In this document: piece by piece, positions 51,620 to 61,793 of the stretch | Layout of the letters: every line of letters begins with the position of its first letter | Position numbering within the stretch: the first letter of the stretch is position 1 | Origin: an uncultured Gemmataceae bacterium | Lineage (GTDB): Bacteria > Planctomycetota > Planctomycetia > Gemmatales > Gemmataceae | Assembly (NCBI GenBank): GCA_963750165.1 | Contig: CAVVPN010000004.1 | Span: forward strand, 64,001-128,000 | Length of the DNA stretch: 64,000 nucleotides | Direction of reading: 5' to 3' | Notes under the pieces: model-generated | The model's database searches: none | The model's input: the letters and a program-made list of their open reading frames with translations, nothing else | Told to the model about the DNA's origin: nothing | Program-made: the position numbers and the translations under genes

Positions 51620-52623
51620 TGTTCGCCGAGATCATCTGGTTCCCGCGGCAGGGCTCGACCACCGCCCACGATGTGGACGCGCTGCTGATCGGCTTGCTGA
51701 CCGTCACCGGCGCGGTGTCGCTGCTGGTGGCCTGTCTGCTCATCGGTTTCGCCGTCCGCTACCGCCGCCGGCCCGACACCCCGACCCCCGACCCGCACCA
51801 ACCGAACGTCTTGCTCGAGATGTTCTGGACCCTGACCCCCCTGGCCATCTTCCTGTTCTTCTTCGCCTGGGGCGTGAAGGTCTACTTCGGCGCCTACCGT
51901 GCCCCGGACGACGCCCAGGTGGTCTACGGCGTCGGCAAACAGTGGATGTGGAAGTTCCAGCACCCCGGTGGCCAGCGCGAGATCAACGAACTGCATGTCC
52001 CAGTCGGCCGGCCGGTCAAGGTCGTGCTCACCTCCGAGGACGTGATCCACAGTTTCTACGTGCCCGAGTTCCGCGTCCACATGGACGTGCTGCCGGGCCG
52101 CTACACGACCGTCTGGTTCGAGGCGACCGAGCCCGGCACCTACAAGCTGTTCTGCTCGCAGTACTGCGGCACCAACCATGCCGGCATGATCGGCACCGTC
52201 GTCGCCATGAAGCCGGCCGACTACGAGGCGTGGCTGCATGGCCGGGCCGAGGGGTCACAGGCTCTGGAGGGCCGCAAGATTTTTCTCAAGTACCGCTGCC
52301 TCAGTTGCCACAGCGCCGACGAGTACGCCCGCGCCCCGGTGCTGGAGGAACTGTACGGCAAGCGCATCCCGCTCACCAACGGCGCGACGGTCCTCGCCGA
52401 CGAGGACTACCTCCGCGAGTCCGTCTACGAACCGGGCAAGCAGATCGTGGCGGGCTGGCGCAACATCATGCCGAGCTTCAAGGGCCAGGTGACCGAGTCC
52501 GAGATGGTCGAGTTGATCGCCTACCTCCGTTCGCTGCGCCGCGGCCAGACGCCCCGCCGCGTCGAGGACTATCCGCCGCCCGTGACCACGCCCCCCATTA
52601 ACCCGAAGGGAACCCGGCCATGA
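51619..52623 (+). CDS. coxB: Cytochrome c oxidase subunit II with fused cytochrome c (caa3 type)
   Basis: DVIHSF, CuA motif [12 protein letters not shown] and C-terminal CLSCH. Confidence 0.95.
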   Translation: MFAEIIWFPRQGSTTAHDVDALLIGLLTVTGAVSLLVACLLIGFAVRYRRRPDTPTPDPHQPNVLLEMFWTLTPLAIFLFFFAWGVKVYFGAYRAPDDAQVVYGVGKQWMWKFQHPGGQREINELHVPVGRPVKVVLTSEDVIHSFYVPEFRVHMDVLPGRYTTVWFEATEPGTYKLFCSQYCGTNHAGMIGTVVAMKPADYEAWLHGRAEGSQALEGRKIFLKYRCLSCHSADEYARAPVLEELYGKRIPLTNGATVLADEDYLRESVYEPGKQIVAGWRNIMPSFKGQVTESEMVELIAYLRSLRRGQTPRRVEDYPPPVTTPPINPKGTRP

Positions 52624-54275
52624 GCACGGCGCAGGCAGAAGCCCGGCACTTCACCCCGCCGCCCCGACCCGAGCCGCCGCGCGAGACATACCTCAACGTC
52701 GCGCACGGCGTGCTCTCCTGGCTGCTCACCAAGGACCACAAGCGCATCGCCATCCTCTACCTGGTCACGTTGACGGTCACGTTCTTCATCGGCGGCGCCT
52801 TCATCACCGTGGTGCGGCTGAACCTGATGACGCCGGACGGCAGCCTGGTCACGGCGGACACATATAACCGACTGTTCACGATGCACGGCGTCATCATGGT
52901 GTGGTTCTTCCTGGTGCCGGTGGTGCCCACCGTCCTGGGCAACTTCATCCTGCCGCTGATGATCGGGGCCAAGGATCTGGCCTTCCCGCGGATCAACCTG
53001 CTTAGCTGGTATCTGTTCACGGCCGGGGCGGCCTACTCCATGATCGCCATGCTCGCCGGCGGCCTGGACACTGGCTGGACGTTCTACACGCCCTACTCGA
53101 CACAGTTCTCCAACTACAACGTCGTCCATGTGCTGATCGGCATCGTCATCTCCGGGTTCTCGTCGATCGTGACGGGGCTGAACTTCATCATCACGATCCA
53201 CCGCATGCGCGCCCCGGGACTGACCTGGTGGCGGCTGCCGATCTTCGTCTGGACGCTGTACGCGACCAGCTTCATCCTCATCTTCGCCACCCCAGTGCTG
53301 GCCATGGCTCTCACTCTGCAAATCGTCGAGCGGCTGTGGGGCATCGGCATCTTCGACCCGGCGCTGGGCGGCGACCCGCTGCTGTTCCAGCATTTGTTCT
53401 GGTTCTACTCGCACCCGGCCGTCTACATCATGATCCTGCCCGGCATGGGGATCATCAGCGAGGTGATCACGTGCTTCTCGCGCAAGAACATCTACGGCTA
53501 CACGATGGTGGCGCTGTCGAGCTTCGGGATCGCCATGGTAGGGTTCCTGGTGTGGTCGCACCACATGTTCGTCGCCGGCATTTCCGTCTACGCGGCCATG
53601 ATCTTCTCGCTGCTCAGCTACTTCGTAGCGGTGCCGTCCGCCATCAAGGTGTTCAACTGGACGGCGACGCTCTACAAGGGTTCGGTGTCGTTCGAGGCGC
53701 CGATGCTGTACGCGCTGGGCTTCATCTGCCTGTTCACGGCGGGCGGGGTGACGGGGCTGTTCCTGGCGTGCCTGGGTATGGACATGCACGTGCATGACAC
53801 CTATTTCGTGGTGGCCCACTTCCACTTCATTATGGTCGGCGGCATGGTCCTGGCCTACATGGCGGGACTGCACTACTGGTGGCCCAAGATCACGGGCCGG
53901 ATGTACAACGATTGGTGGTCGAAACTCGCGGCCATCATCATCTTCGTCGGTTTTTTCCTGACGTTCCTGCCGCAGTACCTGCTCGGCTACGCCGGCATGC
54001 CGCGCCGCTACCACCATTACCCGGCGGAGTACCAGGTGTGGAACGTCATGTCCTCGGCCGGGGCGTCCATCCTGGGCGTCGGCTATGTACTACCACTGTT
54101 CTACCTGCTCGGTTCGCTGGTTTGGGGCAAGAAGGCGGGGCCGAACCCGTGGCACGCGACCGGCCTGGAGTGGCAGACGCCATCGCCGCCGCCGCGCGAC
54201 AACTTCGCCGAAACCCCGACCGTCGTCCGCGGGCCGTACCAATACCATCTGGAGAAGGCGCAAAATGAGCCGTGA
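52620..54275 (+). CDS. coxA: Cytochrome c oxidase subunit I, A2 type
   Basis: [20 protein letters not shown] (A2 YS motif), WSHHM, AHFH, GMPRRY. Confidence 0.97.
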   Translation: MSTAQAEARHFTPPPRPEPPRETYLNVAHGVLSWLLTKDHKRIAILYLVTLTVTFFIGGAFITVVRLNLMTPDGSLVTADTYNRLFTMHGVIMVWFFLVPVVPTVLGNFILPLMIGAKDLAFPRINLLSWYLFTAGAAYSMIAMLAGGLDTGWTFYTPYSTQFSNYNVVHVLIGIVISGFSSIVTGLNFIITIHRMRAPGLTWWRLPIFVWTLYATSFILIFATPVLAMALTLQIVERLWGIGIFDPALGGDPLLFQHLFWFYSHPAVYIMILPGMGIISEVITCFSRKNIYGYTMVALSSFGIAMVGFLVWSHHMFVAGISVYAAMIFSLLSYFVAVPSAIKVFNWTATLYKGSVSFEAPMLYALGFICLFTAGGVTGLFLACLGMDMHVHDTYFVVAHFHFIMVGGMVLAYMAGLHYWWPKITGRMYNDWWSKLAAIIIFVGFFLTFLPQYLLGYAGMPRRYHHYPAEYQVWNVMSSAGASILGVGYVLPLFYLLGSLVWGKKAGPNPWHATGLEWQTPSPPPRDNFAETPTVVRGPYQYHLEKAQNEP

Positions 54276-54993
54276 TCTGAGCGTCCTGACGCCCGAGGAA
54301 CGTGACGAACTGAATCTGACCGTCCTGGTGCGCGACCAACTGGAGGAGCAGTATGCGGACCTTGGCCAGCAGCACGAGACGGCGTCGCTGGGCATGTGGG
54401 TGTTCCTGGCCAGCGAGGTGCTGTTCTTTGGCACGCTGTTCCTGGGCCTGTTGACGTACCGCTACCTGTACGCCGAGGCGTTCGAGGCGGGCAGCGAGAA
54501 GCTCTGCTGGCAGATCGGTGGCGGCAACACCATCGTCCTGCTGGTCAGCAGCCTGACGATGGTGCTCGCCATGCACTACGCCAGGCTCGGCAAGCGCACG
54601 CCGTTGCTCTGGTTCCTGGCGCTGACGGCCCTGCTCGGCCTGACCTTCCTCTGCCTGAAGGGCCTGGAGTATTACATCGACTTTCAGGAGAACCTGGTTC
54701 CGGGCTTCCAGTTCGACGAGTCGGAGTGGACGCGGCAGGGGCTGGAGCCGCACCAGGTACAGCACGTCAAGCTGTTCCTGATCTTTTACTGGGTGATGAC
54801 CGGGCTGCACGCCCTGCACATCACCGGCGGCATCCTCACTCTGGTGGTGCTGTTCGTGCTGGCCCGCAAGAACTACTTCTCGAAGGAGTACTACTCGCCC
54901 GTGGACGTGGCCGCCCTGTACTGGCACTTTGTGGACATGGTGTGGATCTTTTTACTGCCGTCACTGTACCTGCTGGGCACGCACCACCTTTGA
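54265..54993 (+). CDS. coxC: Cytochrome c oxidase subunit III
   Basis: [27 protein letters not shown]. Confidence 0.95.
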   Translation: MSRDLSVLTPEERDELNLTVLVRDQLEEQYADLGQQHETASLGMWVFLASEVLFFGTLFLGLLTYRYLYAEAFEAGSEKLCWQIGGGNTIVLLVSSLTMVLAMHYARLGKRTPLLWFLALTALLGLTFLCLKGLEYYIDFQENLVPGFQFDESEWTRQGLEPHQVQHVKLFLIFYWVMTGLHALHITGGILTLVVLFVLARKNYFSKEYYSPVDVAALYWHFVDMVWIFLLPSLYLLGTHHL

Positions 54994-55007
54994 GCGGGAG
55001 GGTTCCC

Positions 55008-55313
55008 GTGGCCGAGAAAATCATCAGCGTCCGGACGTACTCCCTCGTCTGCGGAGCGCTCATTGTGTTGACGGTGGCGACGGTGGCGATCTCGTTCGCG
55101 CCCCTGCTGGGCATCTGGCACCTGCTCATCGGCCTGCTGATCGGTCTGACCAAGGCGGTCCTGGTGGCGGCGTTCTTCATGCACCTGGTGTACGGCAACC
55201 GCCTGACGTGGATCGTCGTCAGCGTGACGGTTTTCTGGCTGGCGATCCTGGTGTCGCTGACGCTGACGGACTATTTCAGCCGCGGCCTGGTGCCATACAT
55301 GCCGGGACACTGA
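55008..55313 (+). CDS. coxD: Cytochrome c oxidase subunit IV
   Basis: Three TM helices, KAVLVAAFFMHL; GTG start after GGGAGG. Confidence 0.9.
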   Translation: MAEKIISVRTYSLVCGALIVLTVATVAISFAPLLGIWHLLIGLLIGLTKAVLVAAFFMHLVYGNRLTWIVVSVTVFWLAILVSLTLTDYFSRGLVPYMPGH

Positions 55314-55329
55314 TTCGGAGGGGTGGCCC

Positions 55330-55737
55330 ATGGCCCGACTCGTTGGCGACCAGGTGAAATCCAGGTGGGTCATCCTGAGGTGGCTGGCTCACGCCGACAC
55401 GCCACTCCCTGGCCTGGGCATGGCGTCGGTGTGCCTTGGTCTGATCGGGCTGCTGCTCTTCTTCCTGCCCATCCTCGGCATGCCAGTCAGCCTGTGTGGC
55501 TTCGTGGCGGGGGTCGTTGGGCTGGTCGTGGCCCTGTTTACCGGCGGTCCGTCGCTGCGCTGGAGCCTGGGCGGCATCGTCGTCTCGGCCGCGGCCTTCG
55601 GCGTCGGCCTCGTCATGTACGCCACACCGGAGGGCTACGTGCCCGCCTCGTCGAAGTCCCAGCCCTGGCGGACGCCGAACGACCGGCCGTTCGTGGCGCC
55701 GCCGGCGGTCAACTCCCACGCCGCCGCGCAATGGTGA
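55330..55737 (+). CDS. Small membrane protein at the end of the respiratory operon
   Basis: GGAGG RBS and three hydrophobic helices. Confidence 0.65.
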   Translation: MARLVGDQVKSRWVILRWLAHADTPLPGLGMASVCLGLIGLLLFFLPILGMPVSLCGFVAGVVGLVVALFTGGPSLRWSLGGIVVSAAAFGVGLVMYATPEGYVPASSKSQPWRTPNDRPFVAPPAVNSHAAAQW

Positions 55738-55952
55738 GTCTGTTTCGGTCACATCGATGAATGGCACGTAGATCTCCGCACGGATCGATATGAAAATGAG
55801 ATAGGCAAAAGGGGACTCCGCTGCGAGGATGGAGTTTGCCAACAGACGCATTCCCGGCAAGGAGGCTCCGAGGATGCCATGTGATCGAAAAAGTTCTTGT
55901 CGTCTCAAGCAGGTGCCAACCGCTCGGATACGCTTTTATTGCAGATTGCGAA

Positions 55953-56022
55953 TGGGTGTAGCGGAAGTCGCCAGACTTCCGAGCAGCACCGGACGGAAGT
56001 CTGGCGACTTCCGCTACACCCA
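55953..56022. repeat. REP-like palindrome
   Basis: TGGGTGTAGCGGAAGTCGCCAGACTTCCG ... CGGAAGTCTGGCGACTTCCGCTACACCCA, perfect 29-bp arms. Confidence 0.85.
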
Positions 56023-56167
56023 ACTGCGAACCGCTTTAGTTGTGTGGCGGTGAAACGCTTGATTGAGAGAGAAACTCCTTGTTCTGCTAATGGTCTATCC
56101 CGAACGGACTCTTCGTGGTACACTCCTGTAAGGAAGGGAGCACCCCGTTCAACAAGGATGTGCGATC

Positions 56168-57682
56168 ATGAAGCGTCATGTGCTCCTCACCGGCTCCACC
56201 GGGTTTCTCGGCCGCTATCTTCTGGGAGAACTGCTCCGCTGCGACACCCCGGTTGCGGTTCTGGTACGTGACGGCTCCGGCCAACCCGCCCGGGATCGGT
56301 TAGCCGCCATCCTCGAAGACTGCCATCGGAGATACGGCCGACGCTTCCCCCCTCCCGTCCTCCTGTGCGGCAAACTCGTCCCCGAAGCAGTCGGCCTGGA
56401 CGCCACGGATCGGCAGTGGTTGGGCCGGCACATCAGGGCCGTCCTGCACGCGGCCGCCAGCGTTGCCTTTCGGTCCAACTCCGAAGGCGAACCACGGCGG
56501 ACCAACGTCGAGGCGACACAAGCCCTGCTCTGCCTGGCGGAATCCCTGGGCATTCGCGAATGGCACCAGGTCTCCACCGCCTTTGTTTGTGGGTGCCGCG
56601 GCGGCGTGATCCGTGAGGATGACCTGGGGTGCGGTCAGCAATTCCACAACGCTTATGAGCAGAGCAAACACGACGCCGAGGTGCTGCTCCGCCGTGCGCC
56701 CGGCGTATGCGTCACGGTGTATCGCCCGTCCGTGATCGTCGGCGACCACCACAGCGGGGCCACCAGCAGTTACGAGGGTTTTTACCGCTTCCTCGCCCTG
56801 GCCGCGCGACTGGCCGGGCCGCAGGCTGCTCAGGGAACCCGCCGGCCGTTGTCGTTGCGCCTGCCCGTCACGGGGGACGAACCGTGCGACCTGGTGCCAG
56901 TGGACTGGGTGGCCCGCGCTATCGCGGAACTGCTGAGGGACTGCCGCCACCACGGCCGCACCTTCCACCTGGTGGCGCGGCCCCCCACGCCGGGTCGCCT
57001 TGTGCAGGAAACCGCCGTCGAGGAACTGGGTCTGGAAGGGGTGAGCCTGGTCGGGCCCGGGGGGGTAACCGGCCCGAGCCGACTGGAAGAGATGTTCCTG
57101 GACGGAATGGGCGAGTATTGGCCCTACCTGACCGGCTCCGCCCGGTTCTGCGACCGCAACACCGCCGCGGCCCTGCCGCACCTGCCGCCGCCGCCGGTGG
57201 ACCGCCCCGCCCTCCAGCGCCTGATCCGCTTCGCCGTGGCCGACCACTGGGGCCGCCGGGGGCCGACTGCCGAACCTTGCTCCACGTCGTTTTGCACACG
57301 TTACCTCGAACAGACCTTCCCCGAGCTGGCCCGTCATTCACCGCTGGCCCGGGCGGTTGGCCTGGAGGTGGCGGTCGGCTTCGACGTGCGTGGCCCGGGC
57401 GGCGGCCGGTGGTCCTGTCGCTGGGAGGGCGGCGAGTTCCGCGGGGTGAGCCGTGGCCTGGGCCCCAATGCGGCAGCGGTCTACCACACGGACCCGGCGA
57501 CCTTCGAGGCCGTGGCCAGCGGCCGCTGTGCCGCCCAGCAGGCGTTCTTCGAGCGGCGTATCGAGGTCACCGGGGACCTGGAAACCGCCCTCAAGCTGGT
57601 AGTACTCTTCGAGCAATTTCTCCGTGAAACCGGAAACCCCGTCGCCCCCCCTGAGGAGGCGGTGCGTGCCACCTACGCTTGA
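56168..57682 (+). CDS. Thioester/acyl reductase-type extended SDR fused to a C-terminal SCP2 domain
   Basis: TGSTGFLG, HAAA, VSTAFV, YEQSK, RPSVIVG and LVPVDWVA; SCP2-like GFDVRGPGGGRW...AQQAFFERRIEVTGDLETALKL. Confidence 0.85.
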   Translation: MKRHVLLTGSTGFLGRYLLGELLRCDTPVAVLVRDGSGQPARDRLAAILEDCHRRYGRRFPPPVLLCGKLVPEAVGLDATDRQWLGRHIRAVLHAAASVAFRSNSEGEPRRTNVEATQALLCLAESLGIREWHQVSTAFVCGCRGGVIREDDLGCGQQFHNAYEQSKHDAEVLLRRAPGVCVTVYRPSVIVGDHHSGATSSYEGFYRFLALAARLAGPQAAQGTRRPLSLRLPVTGDEPCDLVPVDWVARAIAELLRDCRHHGRTFHLVARPPTPGRLVQETAVEELGLEGVSLVGPGGVTGPSRLEEMFLDGMGEYWPYLTGSARFCDRNTAAALPHLPPPPVDRPALQRLIRFAVADHWGRRGPTAEPCSTSFCTRYLEQTFPELARHSPLARAVGLEVAVGFDVRGPGGGRWSCRWEGGEFRGVSRGLGPNAAAVYHTDPATFEAVASGRCAAQQAFFERRIEVTGDLETALKLVVLFEQFLRETGNPVAPPEEAVRATYA

Positions 57683-58376
57683 CCTGATCCCGGTCGTGGA
57701 AGACCTCTTGTTCTCGTCCGGGCCGAATCGACTGCACGGCCGGCTGGCCTACCCCGAGGACGGACCTGTCTGCGGCGCCGCGGTGCTGGCCGGTCCCCAC
57801 CCGTTGCTGGGCGGCCACATGGACAACAACGTGGTGCGTGCCCTGGCGGAAGGGCTGGCTTGCCGTGGCCTGGCCACCCTCCGGTTCGACTACCACGGGG
57901 TCGGACGCAGCGAAGGGCCACCGGCGGACCTGACGCGGCACCTGGCCGCGTTCTGGCGGACCGGGCACGCGCCCGACGAACTGGGTATGGCCCGGGAGGT
58001 GGAGGCCGCCGCGGCGCAACTGCGGCAGGCCACCGGACCCAGGCCGCCACTCGCCTTGATCGGCTACAGTTTCGGCTGCGCCCTGCTGCCCCACACCCAC
58101 CTGCCCGGCACCGAGTCTCGGCCCCCGCTGATCCTCATCGCCCCAACCACGGCCCGCCACGACTACTCCCCGTACCAGTCCCTGGAGAACCCCATGCTGG
58201 TGATCGCTTCCGCCGGCGACTTCGCCTCGGACGCCGGCCGACTCCGACACTGGTTCGGTGGCCGTCCGGCCCCGAGCCGACTCATCGAGCAGCCCCTGGA
58301 CAACCATTTCTTCCGCGGCCACGAGGCGTGGCTGGTCGAGACGGTGTCCGAGTATCTCAACGGCCTGTGGGGGTGA
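57666..58376 (+). CDS. Alpha/beta hydrolase
   Basis: PHPLLGGHMDNNVV, LRFDYHGVGRSEG, nucleophile motif GYSFG, HFF. Confidence 0.88.
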   Translation: MPPTLDLIPVVEDLLFSSGPNRLHGRLAYPEDGPVCGAAVLAGPHPLLGGHMDNNVVRALAEGLACRGLATLRFDYHGVGRSEGPPADLTRHLAAFWRTGHAPDELGMAREVEAAAAQLRQATGPRPPLALIGYSFGCALLPHTHLPGTESRPPLILIAPTTARHDYSPYQSLENPMLVIASAGDFASDAGRLRHWFGGRPAPSRLIEQPLDNHFFRGHEAWLVETVSEYLNGLWG

Positions 58377-58380
58377 TTCC

Positions 58381-59484
58381 ATGCCAACACAGATTGAGCC
58401 GCCCGGAACGCTCCCCGACACCCGTCTGCGGGAGCTGCTGGGCCTGCACTTCCACCCGGAACTGGGCAGCAGTTACTGGCTGGACCGTCAGGATCGTCTC
58501 GGCTGGGACATCCGCGACCGCGTGCGCACGCTGGAGGACCTGTGGCTGCTCGGACCGACGCCGCCCGGGGACCTGCGCCGATACCCGGTCAGCGCCTTCA
58601 TCCCGCGCGGCCTCCACGCTCAGCGTTTCCGCTTCATCGTCGGCGAGACCGCCGGCACCAGCGGCGGGCCATGTGGGACGGCGTACCGGGACGACGAGTT
58701 CCAGGCCGCCTTCATCGACCCGTTCCTGCGTGTGGCCGCCGCCACCGGCTTCCCGCGCGGCGAACCGTGGCTGTGGGTCGGCCCGTCCGGCCCGCACATC
58801 ATCGGCAAGGTGGTGCGCAAGTTGGCCCGACAGACGGGCAGCATGGACCCGTTCAGCGTGGACTTCGACCCGCGCTGGGCCAGGCGGCTGGCCGAGGGCA
58901 GCGTGGCCCGGCAGCGCTACCTCGACCACGTCACCGACCAGGCATTGGACGTTTTCCGCCGTGAGGAGGTCGGCGTGCTGTTCATCACGCCGCCGGCACT
59001 GAGTGCCCTGGCCGCGCGGCTCACGGACCGGGAGCGCGAGGCGATTCACGGTGTCCACTACGGCGGCATGAGTCTGGCCCCCGAGGCGGTCAATCGCTTC
59101 CGCGCGCAGTTTCCGAACGCCGTCCATCTGGCCGGTTACGGCAACACCCTGTTCGGGGTGGTCATGGAGGTGGCGGACGTGACCCGCACCGCCCTCGACT
59201 ACTTCCCCCTGAGCGACCGCCTGAGCTTTCACGTCGTCGAGTGGTCCGAGTCCGCGACCAGGACCCCGTGGCCGCCGCGGCCGTGTCGGCGCGGGGAGAC
59301 GGGCCGCGTGGTGTTCCATCGCCTGGATGAGAGTTGCCTGCTGGCGGGCGTGCCGGAGCGCGACCAGGCCGAGCGGATCAGTCCGAGTGCCGCGGCCCGT
59401 GCCCTCGGCGGCGCGGCCGAGGGCCTGCGCAACCCTCAGCCCCCCGCCCACCTGGCCGGTCGCTTGCAGACCGGGATTTACTGA
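58381..59484 (+). CDS. EhpF-like / PaaK-like adenylate-forming enzyme
   Basis: HFHPELGSSYWL...VRTLEDL, P-loop ETAGTSG, GPSGPH, DFDPRW, YGNTLFG, ERD. Confidence 0.7.
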   Translation: MPTQIEPPGTLPDTRLRELLGLHFHPELGSSYWLDRQDRLGWDIRDRVRTLEDLWLLGPTPPGDLRRYPVSAFIPRGLHAQRFRFIVGETAGTSGGPCGTAYRDDEFQAAFIDPFLRVAAATGFPRGEPWLWVGPSGPHIIGKVVRKLARQTGSMDPFSVDFDPRWARRLAEGSVARQRYLDHVTDQALDVFRREEVGVLFITPPALSALAARLTDREREAIHGVHYGGMSLAPEAVNRFRAQFPNAVHLAGYGNTLFGVVMEVADVTRTALDYFPLSDRLSFHVVEWSESATRTPWPPRPCRRGETGRVVFHRLDESCLLAGVPERDQAERISPSAAARALGGAAEGLRNPQPPAHLAGRLQTGIY

Positions 59485-59511
59485 GCGCCCGCCACGGTCA
59501 AGGAGGATGGC

Positions 59512-60408
59512 ATGCCGCACACGAGGCCGCTGAACGTCGCCTACACCCCGGACAGTGACGACGCCTTCTACTACGACGCTCTGGAGTCGGGACGGGTGAC
59601 CCTGCCCGGTTATCGACTGTGCTTCCACCGCGCGCCCATGTCGGTGCTCAACCGCGCCGCCCTCCGCGGCCGGTACGAGGTGACGGCCATCTCCTCGGTT
59701 GTCTACCCGCAGATCGCCGAGCGCTACAGCATCCTGAGTGTCGGAACCAGTGTCGGCCGCGGCTACGGCCCTGTCCTGGTGGCCCGGGAGGCTGTGCCCC
59801 TGCCGGACCTGGCCGGCCGCCGAGTCGGGGTGGGCGGCATCCCGACCACGGGCTGGTTCCTGCTGCGCGTGCTGTGCCCGGACGCGGTCGCCGTGGAACT
59901 GCCCTTCGACGAGATCGCCGACGCCGTCGCGGCCGGCGAACTGGACGCCGGCGTGATGATCCACGAGGAGTTGCTGTATTACCCGAAGCTCGGTCTGCAG
60001 CGCGTCGCGTGCCTGGGGGCGGAGTGGTGCCGGCAACACGGACTGCCGCTGCCGGTCGGTCTGAACGTCATCCGCCGCGACCTCGGCGCGGGCCCGATGC
60101 AGCGCGTCGCCGCCGCCCTTCGCCGCAGCCTGCGGCACGGCCTGGATCACGCCCGGGACACCCTCGGCCGCGTCAACCGCTTCGGCCGCGGCCCGGTGGG
60201 CGGTGTCACGGAGCAGTTCGTGTCGATGTTCGCCAACGAGGACTCGGTGTGCATGCCGGCCGACGTGCGCAACGCCCTGCGGGTGCTGTTCAACCAGGTC
60301 GTGGACCAGGGCCTCGCCGCGACCGTGCCGCCCATCGACATCATTGAGGGCATCACCCCGGCCGTTCCCTGCGACGCGACCGTAGTCAGCCACGGGAGGG
60401 CTTCGTGA
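59512..60408 (+). CDS. MqnA/MqnD family protein (MqnD-like)
   Basis: AYTPDSDDAF, LN.AA, GRGYGP, TT, IHE, LPLPVG.NVIRR. Confidence 0.85.
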   Translation: MPHTRPLNVAYTPDSDDAFYYDALESGRVTLPGYRLCFHRAPMSVLNRAALRGRYEVTAISSVVYPQIAERYSILSVGTSVGRGYGPVLVAREAVPLPDLAGRRVGVGGIPTTGWFLLRVLCPDAVAVELPFDEIADAVAAGELDAGVMIHEELLYYPKLGLQRVACLGAEWCRQHGLPLPVGLNVIRRDLGAGPMQRVAAALRRSLRHGLDHARDTLGRVNRFGRGPVGGVTEQFVSMFANEDSVCMPADVRNALRVLFNQVVDQGLAATVPPIDIIEGITPAVPCDATVVSHGRAS

Positions 60409-61640
60409 TGAACCTGGCGCAACAGTTGGTGGCCCGCAAGCGGGAGTACCTCGTCCCCTGTGTGTATCACTTCTACCAGCGGCCGCCGGTGCTCGTGCGC
60501 GGCGAGGGAGCCTATCTCTTCGACGCCGCGGGCCGGCGCTACCTGGATTGTTACAGTGGCGTCAGTGTCGTGAACGCCGGCCACTCGAACCCGGACATCA
60601 TTGAGCCGGCCATCGAGCAGCTGCGACGGCTGCAGCACACGACCACCATTTACCTGACCGAGCCGATGCTGGAGTTGGCCGAGGCCATCGCCGGCCTGGC
60701 CCCTTCCCCCCTCCGCCGGACGTTCTTTTGTGCCAGCGGCAGCGAGGCCAACGAGGGGGCGCTGCTGCTGGCGTCCCTGGCCACGGGCCGCAAGGAGTGT
60801 GTCTACCTCCGGGAGGGGCTGCACGGCCGGACCAAGTGGGCCATGAGCGTCACCGGCCTCGACCTGTGGCGGACGGACCTGAACCCGCTGGTGACGGCCC
60901 ACGGCGTCCCCGGCCCGCGGCACCCCGAGAGTCTGCCGGCGGTGGAGCGACTGCTGAGCCGCGGCACCGTGGCGGCGGTGATCGCCGAGCCGATCCAGGG
61001 CAACGGTGGCATCGTCGTGCCGCCCGAGCACTACTGGCCGGAACTGCGCCGCCTGTGCAGCCGGCATGGCACGCTGCTGATCGCCGACGAGGTGCAGACC
61101 GCCTGGAACCGCACGGGCCGGTGGTTCGCCACCGAACACTGGGGTGTCGTGCCGGACGTGGTGACGGTGGCCAAGGCCCTGGGTAACGGCTTCCCCATCG
61201 CGGCCTACCTGACCAGTGACGCCGTCGCCGCTCACTATACCCGTCCCGGGGCCGCCACCTTCGGCGGCAATCTGGTGTCCTGCCGTGCCGCCCTGGCGAC
61301 TCTGGACTATCACCGGCGTCATGGCCTGGGAGAGCGGAGCCGTGCCCTGGGTGCTCGGCTGTGCGAGTGCCTGCGAACGCTGCAGAACCGCGTACCTGAG
61401 ATTCATGAGATCCGGGGCCTGGGTTTGATGGTCGGCGTGGAACTGCGGGACAGCTCCGGCGCCCCCGCGGCTGACCTGCTCGACCGCGTGCTTGAGGCCC
61501 TGAAGGATGCCGGGTTCCTGGCGGGCAAGACGGGGCCTGGCCGCAACGTGCTCACCCTCATGCCGCCCCTGGTGGTGGAGGAGGTGGCCGTGGACGAGTT
61601 GGCTGATGAGGTGGGTCGCGTCCTGGCGGCACTCCGATAA
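60405..61640 (+). CDS. Class III PLP aminotransferase
   Basis: SGSEANE, HGRT, EPIQGNGG, ADEVQT..RTG, AKALGNG, RGLGLMVGVE. Confidence 0.93.
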   Translation: MMNLAQQLVARKREYLVPCVYHFYQRPPVLVRGEGAYLFDAAGRRYLDCYSGVSVVNAGHSNPDIIEPAIEQLRRLQHTTTIYLTEPMLELAEAIAGLAPSPLRRTFFCASGSEANEGALLLASLATGRKECVYLREGLHGRTKWAMSVTGLDLWRTDLNPLVTAHGVPGPRHPESLPAVERLLSRGTVAAVIAEPIQGNGGIVVPPEHYWPELRRLCSRHGTLLIADEVQTAWNRTGRWFATEHWGVVPDVVTVAKALGNGFPIAAYLTSDAVAAHYTRPGAATFGGNLVSCRAALATLDYHRRHGLGERSRALGARLCECLRTLQNRVPEIHEIRGLGLMVGVELRDSSGAPAADLLDRVLEALKDAGFLAGKTGPGRNVLTLMPPLVVEEVAVDELADEVGRVLAALR

Positions 61641-61793
61641 CTGCCAGTCTTGACTGAATCCCCGACTCCGCCACGGCGACCCGCCCCGCCGTGGCGGAAT
61701 TCGGGGTTGACGCCATCCCGGATCCAGGCTATTCCCCCTTCACCAAAGTCAATAGCCCGGTTCGCTCCTCGCCACACTCCTCGCCGGGAGGCG

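Noticed and set aside
58381..59484. Phenazine biosynthesis cluster
   Set aside because: The similarity is to an EhpF-like enzyme only; no phzA/B, D, E, F or G genes are visible.
59512..60408. Calling the gene mqnD of a menaquinone operon
   Set aside because: The family is clear, but no other mqn genes are nearby, so orthology cannot be shown from this window.
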